A stretch of 64,000 nt of DNA from a bacterium (GTDB lineage Bacteria; UBA8248): NCBI GenBank assembly GCA_965221165.1, contig CBDCRP010000002.1, positions 1-64,000 of the forward strand. The letters run 5' to 3'. Made by a program: the position numbers and the translations under genes. The notes below the pieces were generated by a model. The model was not told the origin of the DNA and ran no database searches. It worked only from the letters and a program-made list of their open reading frames with translations. This document shows positions 34,244 to 43,266 of this stretch, one piece after another; the stretch's first letter is position 1, and each line of letters begins with the position of its first letter.

Positions 34244-35652
34244 GACGCAAACTCTCCCCATAAGGCGTCCGACCTTGCGGCGATGTGAGAAAATTGACTT
34301 TTATCGGGCAAAGACGCCAGGCGCACCCGGCCCGTGCGTCCTATCCACTCATCGGGGCCGGAGACCAGCACGCGAATGTAATTATCCGACAAACCGGTGA
34401 GCAAACCATCTTCTCCCCGCCTGCTTTCGAACAACACATCCGCCTCCCTCCCCGTTTGTGAGGAGACGAACGACGCCCACTTTCTTCGCCCCAATTCCTG
34501 GAGGGCGCGTGCGCGTTTTTTTTGCTCGGCCCTGGGGATTCTCCCCGGCATCTGGATGGCCGCCGTCCCCTCGCGCGGCGAATACGGAAACACGTGCAAA
34601 TACGCCAGAGGAGATTCCCGCACCCACTCCATGGTCCGCTCGAACGCCTCCGCGCTCTCGCCGGGAAACCCGACGATAAAATCTCCGCCGAGACACGCCC
34701 CGTCTATTTTCCGGGCGATCTCCTCAAAACGGCTCGCGCACCGGGCGGCGGTATAGTTCCGTTTCATAGCCTCAAGAGTTTCATCGTCCCCGCTTTGGAC
34801 GGGTATGTGGAAATGCCGGCATACATAACTCCCCTCGCTCGATACGCCGGAGCCATACGCCCTCTCCGCCACGACGCGGATGAGTTCGCGCGTAAATTCA
34901 CCCGGCTCCACGGAGGAGAGCCTGAGACGGAAAAATTTTTGCATTTCCAGCAGTCGGCTCACCAGGCGGCTCAATGTGCTGCGCGGCTTCGTGTCCCTGC
35001 CGTATGCGCCGAGGTGTACTCCGGTGAGCACCAATTCCTCGTGCCCGCCCGCAAGGAGAGTGTCGGCGTGCTCCACGCATGAGGCCACATCCAGAGAGCG
35101 GCTCGCCCCACGCGCGATGGTCGTCGCGCAAAAAGAGCAGGAAAAATTGCATCCATCCTGCACCTTGAGGTACGCCCTCGTCCGGCTCCCGAATTGCGGC
35201 AGGACGACGCTCTCCACCTCGAGGCTCTCCTCTATGGAAGAGACCCGGACCTCGGGCATTTCGTCTCGTAGAAACGGTTTTGCCAATTCATCCGGGAGCC
35301 TTAGTTTTTCCCTGTTCCCGAGCAGGAGGTCCGCTTCGGGAATCAGCATTTTCTCCGTATTCGCCTGGGCGGAGCATCCCGCGATGACGACCCGGGCGTT
35401 CGCGCCGCCCATCCGCCGGGCCCTACGCGCCAGGCGCCTGCCCTCGCGGTCGGCTTCCGCCGTGACCGTACAACTGTTGACGACGTAGACGTCCGCCTCG
35501 GCGTCAAACGGAACGAGTTCGAACCCGGCCCCGGCGGAGAGATGCTTCATGGCTTCGCCCTCGGCGTGATTGAGCTTACACCCCAAATTCGCCAGGGCGA
35601 GCCGCAGGGGTTTCGCGCTTGCGCTCTTCATGGCTTCGCTCGTCTCGTTCAT
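34240..35652 (-). CDS. mtaB: tRNA (t6A37) C2-methylthiotransferase
   Basis: LGCKLN, NSCTVT, AGCSAQ, KVQDGCNFSCSFC radical SAM motif, LHVFPYSPREGT and SDNY in the TRAM region. Confidence 0.92.
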   Translation of the reverse strand: MNETSEAMKSASAKPLRLALANLGCKLNHAEGEAMKHLSAGAGFELVPFDAEADVYVVNSCTVTAEADREGRRLARRARRMGGANARVVIAGCSAQANTEKMLIPEADLLLGNREKLRLPDELAKPFLRDEMPEVRVSSIEESLEVESVVLPQFGSRTRAYLKVQDGCNFSCSFCATTIARGASRSLDVASCVEHADTLLAGGHEELVLTGVHLGAYGRDTKPRSTLSRLVSRLLEMQKFFRLRLSSVEPGEFTRELIRVVAERAYGSGVSSEGSYVCRHFHIPVQSGDDETLEAMKRNYTAARCASRFEEIARKIDGACLGGDFIVGFPGESAEAFERTMEWVRESPLAYLHVFPYSPREGTAAIQMPGRIPRAEQKKRARALQELGRRKWASFVSSQTGREADVLFESRRGEDGLLTGLSDNYIRVLVSGPDEWIGRTGRVRLASLPDKSQFSHIAARSDALWGEFAS

Positions 35653-35744
35653 TCGGGCTACCTTCAAACCTCGAAGAATGCTACTTTTACAGCGAATCTT
35701 ACGCTTTGCGCAAATTGGCCCGCAAGGGCTGTTTCGCTTGACTA

Positions 35745-35852
35745 GGAAGAGTGGCAGTTGATAGGGTAACGCCGCCCGTATGAGAGTGAGAACTACTTGT
35801 CCGGCCAGTTCACCAGGGGATGCTGGCTGACACATCACTCCGAGCGTTTTCC
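35745..35852 (+). ncRNA. candidate structured cis-regulatory RNA upstream of the coxM-like gene
   Basis: Several stems: GGCCAGT/GCTGGCT with TGTC/GACA, GGGT/GCCC, GAGTG(G/A)/TCACTC, and GGAA/TTCC closure; no known family recognised. Confidence 0.35.
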
Positions 35853-35950
35853 TTGATCCCCTTCTGTCGGGTATGATTCGGCATCGTTTTCAGTTTTCAT
35901 GACAGGTGTGGTTATATTCTATTTCAGATGATTGAGGAGAGATTCCGTCT

Positions 35951-36817
35951 ATGCGTGGTTTTGAATTCGTGGTGCCGACGACCATATCGGCGACCTTAAA
36001 GGCGGCAAAAGGTAGAAACACAAAGTACATCGCCGGAGGCACCAATTTCCTGCCCGACCTCAGGCATCAGCACGACGGCCCGGCGAAAGTCGTCATCGAC
36101 CTCATGAGAGTCTCCGCGCTGCAGGGGATTTCCTCGGCGAAGGGCGAGGTGAAGCTGGGCGCACTGGCGACGATGACCGATTTGCTGATCAACAAGATTA
36201 TCCTTAAAGAAGCGCCCATTCTGGCCGCGATGTCGGAGAAATTCGCTGGGCCGATCATCCGAAACCGCGCCACTGTGGCCGGCAACATCATAGACGGGGG
36301 GCCCGCGGCCGACGCCGTCCCTCCCCTGCTTGCGCTCAAAGCGAAGGTGAGACTCGCCAGCGAAAAAAGGAGAAGGACGGTCGCTCTCGATAAATTCCTC
36401 ACCGGATATCGCCAGACGGCCATGCGCTCTGATGAATTGATCACCGCCGTGACTTTCCCCTCCCCCGGCAGGAATCACAAATGGGGCTATTACAAACTCG
36501 CCCGCCGGAATGCCATGGCCATCACCGTGGTGGGCGTGGCGGTCGTGTTGAAGGTGAGGCGCAGCAAGGTGGAAGAAGCGGGCATTTCGCTGGGTTCCGT
36601 TACGGCGGCTCCGATCCGCTGCTATGAGGCAGAGAAAATTCTCGAAGGAAACGTGGTGAACCTCGAGTTGGCTCAAAAGGCCGCAGAGGCATGCGCCGCC
36701 GTGGCGACGCCGATTGACGACATTCGCGCATCGGCGGAATACCGCAAGCTGATGTGCGAGGTCTTGCCGCGCCGTCTCATTTGTCAGGCACTGGACATTT
36801 CACAAAACAACGAATAA
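35951..36817 (+). CDS. xanthine dehydrogenase/CO dehydrogenase family FAD-binding (medium) subunit, CoxM-like
   Basis: IAGGTNFL, IRNRATVAGNI, PAADAVP and DDIRASAEYR motifs. Confidence 0.92.
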   Translation: MRGFEFVVPTTISATLKAAKGRNTKYIAGGTNFLPDLRHQHDGPAKVVIDLMRVSALQGISSAKGEVKLGALATMTDLLINKIILKEAPILAAMSEKFAGPIIRNRATVAGNIIDGGPAADAVPPLLALKAKVRLASEKRRRTVALDKFLTGYRQTAMRSDELITAVTFPSPGRNHKWGYYKLARRNAMAITVVGVAVVLKVRRSKVEEAGISLGSVTAAPIRCYEAEKILEGNVVNLELAQKAAEACAAVATPIDDIRASAEYRKLMCEVLPRRLICQALDISQNNE

Positions 36818-36862
36818 ACAGACTTCATCGTCTTTCAAGAATCCATTGGAGAATCCTTCAAT

Positions 36863-37423
36863 ATGGCTACAGCGAGCAAATCAAAACGAACCGCGAAGAA
36901 AAAATCGACCGCGCCCGCATACACGCCGCCCAAGAAGCTGCCCATTTCCTTTACGGTAAACGGACAAGAGGTCAACACCGAAGCGCCCGCGCACACCACT
37001 CTGCTTTATCTGCTGCGCGACCTCGGCTTCACGGAAGTGAAAAACGGCTGCGAAGCGGGCGATTGCGGCGCATGCACGATTCTGCTGGACGGCTTGGCGA
37101 TGAACGCATGCTGCGCTCTCGGCGTCCAGGCGGATGGCCGTGAGATCACCACGGTCAAGGGCATCGGAACGGTCGGCAACCTCCATCCGATACAACAAAA
37201 ATTCATCGATCACGGCGCCATTCAGTGCGGGTTCTGCACCCCTGGGATGGTAGTCGCCGCCAAGGAGTTGCTCGACAACACGCCGAATCCCAGCCGACAT
37301 GAAATCAAGGCCGGCATCGCAGGCAATCTTTGCCGCTGCACCGGCTACGTGAAAATTATTGACGCTATCGAGGCGGCGGCTGAAGATCTTTCCTCGAAGA
37401 AAGGAAAAAGGAAACGACCGTGA
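36863..37423 (+). CDS. xanthine/CO dehydrogenase family [2Fe-2S] (small) subunit, CoxS-like
   Basis: GCEAGDCGACT, QCGFCTPG and NLCRCTGY motifs. Confidence 0.95.
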   Translation: MATASKSKRTAKKKSTAPAYTPPKKLPISFTVNGQEVNTEAPAHTTLLYLLRDLGFTEVKNGCEAGDCGACTILLDGLAMNACCALGVQADGREITTVKGIGTVGNLHPIQQKFIDHGAIQCGFCTPGMVVAAKELLDNTPNPSRHEIKAGIAGNLCRCTGYVKIIDAIEAAAEDLSSKKGKRKRP

Positions 37424-38364
37424 CTGCCTCATCGAACGCTACCAAAGGGAAAAAAAGTTCGTCATCCGGATTTGGGAACGTCGAAGACGTTCAGGACTCG
37501 TTCAGAAAACTCGACTACATCTCCGACCGGACGCTGGCGACAACCCTGTTTTTGGCCACGAAACTGGAAAAGCCCCTTTTCCTGGAAGGCGAAGCCGGGG
37601 TCGGTAAAACCGAACTCGCCAAGGTGCTCGCCAGTGCGATGGATACCGAGCTCATCCGGCTGCAATGCTACGAGGGCCTCGACGCGAACTCGGCTCTTTA
37701 TGAGTGGAACTATGCGAAACAACTCCTCCACATCAAAATGGAGGAATCCAGGGATTCGGACGCCAAGTCGATTGAAAAAGATATCTTCAGTGAACAGTAC
37801 CTGATAGAACGTCCCCTGCTTCGCGCGCTTTTGCGCTCGAAAGAAAAACCGGTGGTATTGCTCATCGATGAAATCGACCGCTCGGACGAGGAATTCGAAG
37901 CGTTCCTGCTGGAAATTCTTTCCGATTACCAGATTACGATTCCGGAGATGGGAACCGTCAAGGCGGTCAGCAAACCCCTGGTGGTGCTCACCAGCAACCG
38001 GACACGTGAAATTCACGACGCCCTCAAACGGCGCTGCCTTTATCTGTGGGTCGACTACCCCTCTTTCGAGAAGGAGGTGGAGATTATTACGACCAAGGTG
38101 CCCGGGATTACTGATCGGCTGGCGGAGCAAATCTCCCGCTTCATGACGCAGGCGAGGCAGATGGATTTCTACAAACGCCCCGGCGTGGCCGAATCCCTCG
38201 ATTGGGCGCAAGCGCTTCTCGCTCTGCATCGAAACGAACTGGACGTGGACGCCGTGCGGGATACCATCGGCTGCATACTGAAATACCAGGACGACATCAA
38301 GCGCATACAAGACGACGGCCTCGACAGCATGGTAGCGACGGCGCAACTCTCGCCCGACGCCTGA
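37420..38364 (+). CDS. MoxR-family AAA+ ATPase, CoxD-like
   Basis: LEGEAGVGKT, RLQCYEGLD, LLIDEIDR and TSNRTREIHDALKRRC motifs. Confidence 0.93.
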   Translation: MTASSNATKGKKSSSSGFGNVEDVQDSFRKLDYISDRTLATTLFLATKLEKPLFLEGEAGVGKTELAKVLASAMDTELIRLQCYEGLDANSALYEWNYAKQLLHIKMEESRDSDAKSIEKDIFSEQYLIERPLLRALLRSKEKPVVLLIDEIDRSDEEFEAFLLEILSDYQITIPEMGTVKAVSKPLVVLTSNRTREIHDALKRRCLYLWVDYPSFEKEVEIITTKVPGITDRLAEQISRFMTQARQMDFYKRPGVAESLDWAQALLALHRNELDVDAVRDTIGCILKYQDDIKRIQDDGLDSMVATAQLSPDA

Positions 38365-38377
38365 TCCGAGAGACTCC

Positions 38378-39643
38378 TTGGCATCCAGCATCCGCCCCAT
38401 CGTGCAAGGCACCTTGCCCAGGCGACGGATTCGCATCAAGGGCCGAGGCCTCAAGGGTGAGATGATCGGCTTTTGCCGAATTCTCAGGCGCGCCGGATTG
38501 AAGATAACCTCCGGCCGCATCATCGACGTGTTCCGCTGTTTCGATTCTCTCGACGTCACCAATCTCGACAATATCTATGTCGCCAGCAAATCGAATCTCA
38601 TCTCCAGCCAGGATGAGAGTATGATTTTCGACGCCGTGTTCCGGCAATACTGGTTCGATGAGGAGGGAAATCCCTACTCCGGGGATGAATCGGTGCAAGT
38701 CGACACGCAATTCGAAGAAGAAGGCGAAGGGCAAGCCGGCGAGGGAGGCGGAACGTCAGAGGAAGGCGAATCGGACGCCGAAGGCGAAGGACAGGAAAAT
38801 CCGGGGCTTCCATCGGAAGACGACGTGGAGAGCGCCGCCGAACCCGGTGAGCAGGGAGATGACGACGAGGGAGTGCCCTCCTATAGTCCCGCCGAAGTCA
38901 TATCGGACAAGGATTTTTCCGCACTGAACATGGACCAGGTCGCCGAACTCAGGCGGCTTATCGCAAAACTCGTCCCCAAACTCGCAACCAAAATCAGCCG
39001 CCGCAAACGGCCCGACATGCGCTCTCCCGAAATCGACATGAGACGAAGCGTGAAGAGAAGCGTCCGCTCCGGCGGCGAGGTGCTGAAACTTTTCCGCCGA
39101 AGAAGAAAGATACAAAAAACCCAGATTGTGCTTATCTGCGACGTATCGGGGTCGATGGACAGCTACAGCCAGTTCTTGATTCAGTTTCTCTACAGCCTGC
39201 AGAACGAAATAAAATCGCTGCGCACGTTCGTATTCAGCACGCGCCTTTCGGACGCTACGCCATACCTGCGGCACAAGGACGTCAACACCGCCCTCAAGCG
39301 CCTGTCCATGGAAGTACATGACTGGAGCGGGGGCACGCAAATCGGCAATTGCCTGAAAACGTTCAACTATGAATACGGCAGGACCATCCTGAACAGCCGC
39401 ACCATCGTCATCATCATATCGGACGGCTGGGACCGGGGCGATACGGATACTCTGTCGGAGGAAATGAACCGCCTCAAAAAAATCTGCCATAAACTTTTCT
39501 GGCTCAATCCTCTGCTGGGCAGCCCCGGTTACCGCCCGATCGACAGAGGAATGAGAACGGCCCTGCCCTATTGCGATGAATTCCTGGCCGCGCACAACCT
39601 CGACAGTCTGATCGACATGACGAACAGGATCGCGCGGATATAA
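38378..39643 (+). CDS. VWA domain protein, CoxE-like
   Basis: CDVSGSM MIDAS, FVFSTRL, DWSGGTQIG, SDGWDRG and WLNPL motifs. Confidence 0.93.
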   Translation: MASSIRPIVQGTLPRRRIRIKGRGLKGEMIGFCRILRRAGLKITSGRIIDVFRCFDSLDVTNLDNIYVASKSNLISSQDESMIFDAVFRQYWFDEEGNPYSGDESVQVDTQFEEEGEGQAGEGGGTSEEGESDAEGEGQENPGLPSEDDVESAAEPGEQGDDDEGVPSYSPAEVISDKDFSALNMDQVAELRRLIAKLVPKLATKISRRKRPDMRSPEIDMRRSVKRSVRSGGEVLKLFRRRRKIQKTQIVLICDVSGSMDSYSQFLIQFLYSLQNEIKSLRTFVFSTRLSDATPYLRHKDVNTALKRLSMEVHDWSGGTQIGNCLKTFNYEYGRTILNSRTIVIIISDGWDRGDTDTLSEEMNRLKKICHKLFWLNPLLGSPGYRPIDRGMRTALPYCDEFLAAHNLDSLIDMTNRIARI

Positions 39644-39710
39644 AGTCCTCTCTTTCCTTCAAGCCTTTCTGTTTGTATGAATAAACTGTTATTGGTTTAT
39701 TTCTCGGGAA

Positions 39711-40385
39711 TTGAGAACGGAATTGGCAAATCTACTGATTTACACGGCAGACAATGGATTCGCGGACGCCTTGGGGCGCGCCCTGATGCGTGAGGGCCAT
39801 TTCTGCAAAATGGTGCAGGATGAAACGACGGCCTTACAGGAGGCTCACGCCAGAGGCCTGTCTCTCATATTGCTCGATGACGCACCTGCGCTGCCCAAAG
39901 TGGAGGAAATGCGAAACTGGACCACCTTGCCGATACTCCTGCTCCTCGAGCCCAACCGCCTGGTGACCATTCAGGCGCCGATAGAGGCCGACGATATTCT
40001 GGTGAAACCCGTTCGGGAAGAAGAACTCTTGTGTCGCGTCCGCAATCTGTGCCACCGCTACACTCAGGAAGCCGAGGGGGCGCGCACCCTTCAGAGCAAG
40101 GGTTTGACGCTCGATGAAAGCCGCTACGAAATCAGGCTCGATGGAGAGTTGATCGATTTGACGTATCGGGAATTCGAGCTTCTCAAACATTTGCTCAACA
40201 ACCCCGAGCGCGTCTTCGACCGGGAGCAGCTCTTGAACCTCGTTTGGGGGATCGACTACCTCGGAGGCCCGCGAACGGTGGATGTTCACATTCGACGCAT
40301 TCGCTCGAAAATCGAAATCAGGGGCTATTCGTTTATTTCCACGGTGCGGGGAGTCGGGTACAAATTCATCGGGGAATCGTCGTGA
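39711..40385 (+). CDS. OmpR-family response regulator, GlnR-like with atypical receiver
   Basis: LTYREFELL...VWGIDYLGGPRTVDVHIRRIRSK effector domain; directly upstream of glnA; no adjacent kinase. Confidence 0.85.
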   Translation: MRTELANLLIYTADNGFADALGRALMREGHFCKMVQDETTALQEAHARGLSLILLDDAPALPKVEEMRNWTTLPILLLLEPNRLVTIQAPIEADDILVKPVREEELLCRVRNLCHRYTQEAEGARTLQSKGLTLDESRYEIRLDGELIDLTYREFELLKHLLNNPERVFDREQLLNLVWGIDYLGGPRTVDVHIRRIRSKIEIRGYSFISTVRGVGYKFIGESS

Positions 40386-40435
40386 TGCCGAAATCCCCGC
40401 ATCCCCTACTTGGGGAGATGAAAATCCAATGAGAA

Positions 40436-40467
40436 GAAACCGATACGAAACATTCACGCTGTAGAAT
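40436..40467 (+). promoter_or_regulatory. glnA promoter: GAAAC-N6-GAAAC direct repeat plus -10 TAGAAT
   Basis: GAAAC at 40436-40440 and 40447-40451 (11-bp period); TAGAAT at 40462-40467. Confidence 0.5.
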
Positions 40468-40509
40468 GGGTTATTCTGACGAGAGGAATCGGCTCAACTG
40501 GAGTTCATA

Positions 40510-41856
40510 ATGCCTGACGCATTCGATGATAAAGATCGGGAATTCGTAATCAATCAAGCCCGCGAGCTCGGTGTACGATTCATAAGAATGTGGTTCACCG
40601 ATATCCTGGGTTTCCTGAAAAGTTTCGCCATCACCATAGAAGAACTGGAAAATGCGCTTTATGAGGGGCATCTTTTCGATGGGGCCGCCATACAGGGTTT
40701 CGCGCGCATCGAGGAGAGCGACATGTTCGCCCACCCCGATCCCACGACGTTCTGCGTGCTGCCCTGGCGTCCGCAGGATGGAGGCGGCGTCGCAAGAATG
40801 TTTTGCGACATCAAAGACCCCGACGGCAATCCCTATGAAAGCGACCCGCGGTTCGTGCTCAGGCGAACCCTGCAGAATGCGGCGCAAAAGGGATTTACGT
40901 TTTACACAGGCGTGGAATATGAACATTACTATTTCAAATCCCCCGAACCGCCGATTGAAACGCTCGACAAGGGCGGATACTTCGACCTCACTCCCCTGGA
41001 CATCGCGAGCGATTTAAGGCGCGAAACGGTGCTGAATCTCGAAAAGATGGGCATCGGGGTCGAATACAGTCACCACGAGGTCGGGCCCAGCCAGCACGAA
41101 ATAGATTTGCGCTACGGCGATGCGCTCACGATGGCGGACAATGCGATGACCTATCGCCTCGTCGTCAAGGAAGTCGCCATGCGCCACGGCGTCTACGCCA
41201 CTTTCATGCCCAAGCCGATATCGGAAGCAAACGGAAACGGGATGCACACCCATCTCTCCCTGTTCAGAGGCTCGGAGAACGCGTTCCACGACCCCGAAAA
41301 ACCGGGCGGGCTTTCGGATACGTGCCAGGCTTTTATCGCAGGCCTTTTGAAATACACCCCCGAAATGACGCTCGTCTTGAACCAATGGGTGAACAGCTAC
41401 AAGCGTCTCGCTCCGGGTTTCGAAGCGCCCGCTTACGTCACATGGGCGCACAAGAGCCGCAGCGATTTGATCCGCATCCCCAGTACGCGCAAGGGTATGG
41501 AATCCGATACGCGAATCGAGTTGCGCTCGCCGGACTCGGCGTGCAATCCCTATCTGGCGTTCGCCTGCATGCTGGCGGCCGGAATGGCGGGAATCGAAGA
41601 GGGCCTGCCGCCCGTTCCTGCCGTGGAAGAAAACGTATTCGAGATGAGTGAGGAAACGCGTCGGGAGCAAGGCATCAGAAGCCTGCCGGGCAACTTGCGT
41701 GAAGCCACGGTGCTGGCCGAGCAGAGCGATTTTTTACGAAACGTGTTCGGGAATCAGCTTTTCGAGAAATTCATCGAGAACAAAAAACTCGAATGGGAGC
41801 CCTATCGCGCCCATGTCTCGGATTTTGAGCTCAACAAATACCTCTCCATTCTGTAA
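40510..41856 (+). CDS. glnA: glutamine synthetase type I (GSI-alpha type)
   Basis: FDGAAIQGF, HHEVGPSQHEI, ATFMPKP, NGNGMHTH, NSYKRL and RIELRSPD motifs. Confidence 0.93.
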   Translation: MPDAFDDKDREFVINQARELGVRFIRMWFTDILGFLKSFAITIEELENALYEGHLFDGAAIQGFARIEESDMFAHPDPTTFCVLPWRPQDGGGVARMFCDIKDPDGNPYESDPRFVLRRTLQNAAQKGFTFYTGVEYEHYYFKSPEPPIETLDKGGYFDLTPLDIASDLRRETVLNLEKMGIGVEYSHHEVGPSQHEIDLRYGDALTMADNAMTYRLVVKEVAMRHGVYATFMPKPISEANGNGMHTHLSLFRGSENAFHDPEKPGGLSDTCQAFIAGLLKYTPEMTLVLNQWVNSYKRLAPGFEAPAYVTWAHKSRSDLIRIPSTRKGMESDTRIELRSPDSACNPYLAFACMLAAGMAGIEEGLPPVPAVEENVFEMSEETRREQGIRSLPGNLREATVLAEQSDFLRNVFGNQLFEKFIENKKLEWEPYRAHVSDFELNKYLSIL

Positions 41857-41904
41857 CTACCGCCCTTCCCTCTCAGGAAGGATGAATCGAGCGAACAGCG
41901 AGCG

Positions 41905-42234
41905 CTAGTCGGCGCAACTCTCCGCCAGCCATTCGAGGTATGGCGCGCTCCCCTGGTCGAGGGCTATGGATATGACCTCCGGCACGTCATAGCTATGCTG
42001 TTCGGTGAGGTGCTCGCAGAGGCGTCCCAGCTTTTCCTTTGTGGTCTTCATGATGAGCAAGACTTCCGCATCGTCCTGAATCGCTCCCTCCCACCGATAA
42101 AGGCTGCGGACTTTCGGTATCAAATTAACGCAGGCGCACAGCTTCCGCTCGAGCAATGATTTCGCAATCTGTGCTCCCTCATCTTCGGAGCCTGCCGTGC
42201 TCATTACGATGCGGAACTCCCGGCCATCCTTCAA
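41905..42234 (-). CDS. cutA: divalent-cation tolerance protein CutA
   Basis: LCACVN, SLYRWEG and HSYDVPE motifs. Confidence 0.93.
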   Translation of the reverse strand: MKDGREFRIVMSTAGSEDEGAQIAKSLLERKLCACVNLIPKVRSLYRWEGAIQDDAEVLLIMKTTKEKLGRLCEHLTEQHSYDVPEVISIALDQGSAPYLEWLAESCAD

Positions 42235-42244
42235 GTTTTTCTCC

Positions 42245-43201
42245 TCATGCGTCCAGTATCTTTTGGGCTGCGCTGTAAGGGTCCACTTTCCGCGCGGCTA
42301 TGGCGTCCAAGAGTTCATCCAACTCCCCCCCACCTTCTCTTCCATCGGCCATACGCTCCACCGCGAGTTCTTTCATCACCTCTGCGAGCGTGATGCGGGC
42401 GCGCTCTCGCCCCAGGCGCCTGGCTTCATCCGGATTTTCTTGCAAAAAGGACACGCGCGCCTCGATATGCGCCACAACATCGTCCGTTCCCTCGCCCGTG
42501 AGCGCTTCTGTTTTCAGTACGGGAGGCCGCCAGGAGTTCGCCTCGCCGGGATGAAACTTGAAATCCAGCATTTCCTCGATTTCCCGCACCGTACGATCCG
42601 CGCCGTCTCGCTTCGCTTTATTCACCACGAAAATATCGCCGATTTCCAGGATTCCCGCTTTCGCCGCCTGGATGTGATCGCCACCTCCCGGAGTCTGTAG
42701 CAAAACGACCACATCCGCATATTGCATGATGTTCACTTCGCCCTGCCCTACGCCCACGGTTTCGATGATCACCACGTCCCAGCCCATGGCGTCCATGACG
42801 CATAGGGCATCTCCGGTCGCGCGGGCGAGTCCGCCCAAATGACCGCGCGTGGCCATGCTGCGGATAAAGACTTTCGGGTCCGTATTGTGTCTGCCCATGC
42901 GGATGCGATCACCCAAGATGGCCCCGCCCGTAAACGGGCTCGTCGGGTCCACCGCGATGACGCACACCTTTTCATCCCGGCCGCGAAAATGGGCGATCAA
43001 CTGATCGGAAAGCGTGCTTTTCCCTGCGCCGGGAGGACCCGTAATTCCGATCACCAGACTCGCTCCGCCTCTTAGATACAGTTCCTGTAGAATCGGCTTC
43101 GCGCGGGGATCGTTATCTTCCGCCAACGTGATGAGCCTGGCTGCGGGCCGCACTATTCCGCCCAGGATCTGAGAGATATTTATCTTATTTTTGTTGAGCA
43201 T
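42245..43201 (-). CDS. meaB: methylmalonyl-CoA mutase-associated GTPase MeaB/ArgK
   Basis: GITGPPGAGKST, VDPTSPFTGGAILGDRIRM, IETVGVGQ and VVNK motifs. Confidence 0.93.
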   Translation of the reverse strand: MLNKNKINISQILGGIVRPAARLITLAEDNDPRAKPILQELYLRGGASLVIGITGPPGAGKSTLSDQLIAHFRGRDEKVCVIAVDPTSPFTGGAILGDRIRMGRHNTDPKVFIRSMATRGHLGGLARATGDALCVMDAMGWDVVIIETVGVGQGEVNIMQYADVVVLLQTPGGGDHIQAAKAGILEIGDIFVVNKAKRDGADRTVREIEEMLDFKFHPGEANSWRPPVLKTEALTGEGTDDVVAHIEARVSFLQENPDEARRLGRERARITLAEVMKELAVERMADGREGGGELDELLDAIAARKVDPYSAAQKILDA

Positions 43202-43266
43202 TTTAGATTATTTATCAATATATTGTGGGCTTATTCTCAAGTTATTCATAAGCAAATGAACAACCC

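Noticed and set aside
35745-35852. tRNA-Sec, SRP RNA or Moco riboswitch
   Set aside because: It begins GGAAGA like selC but has no TCA anticodon arm or T-loop; SRP and Moco consensus motifs are not evident.
35951-39643. Functional aerobic CO dehydrogenase
   Set aside because: The diagnostic large subunit (AYXCSFR motif) is absent from the window, so the substrate cannot be assigned.
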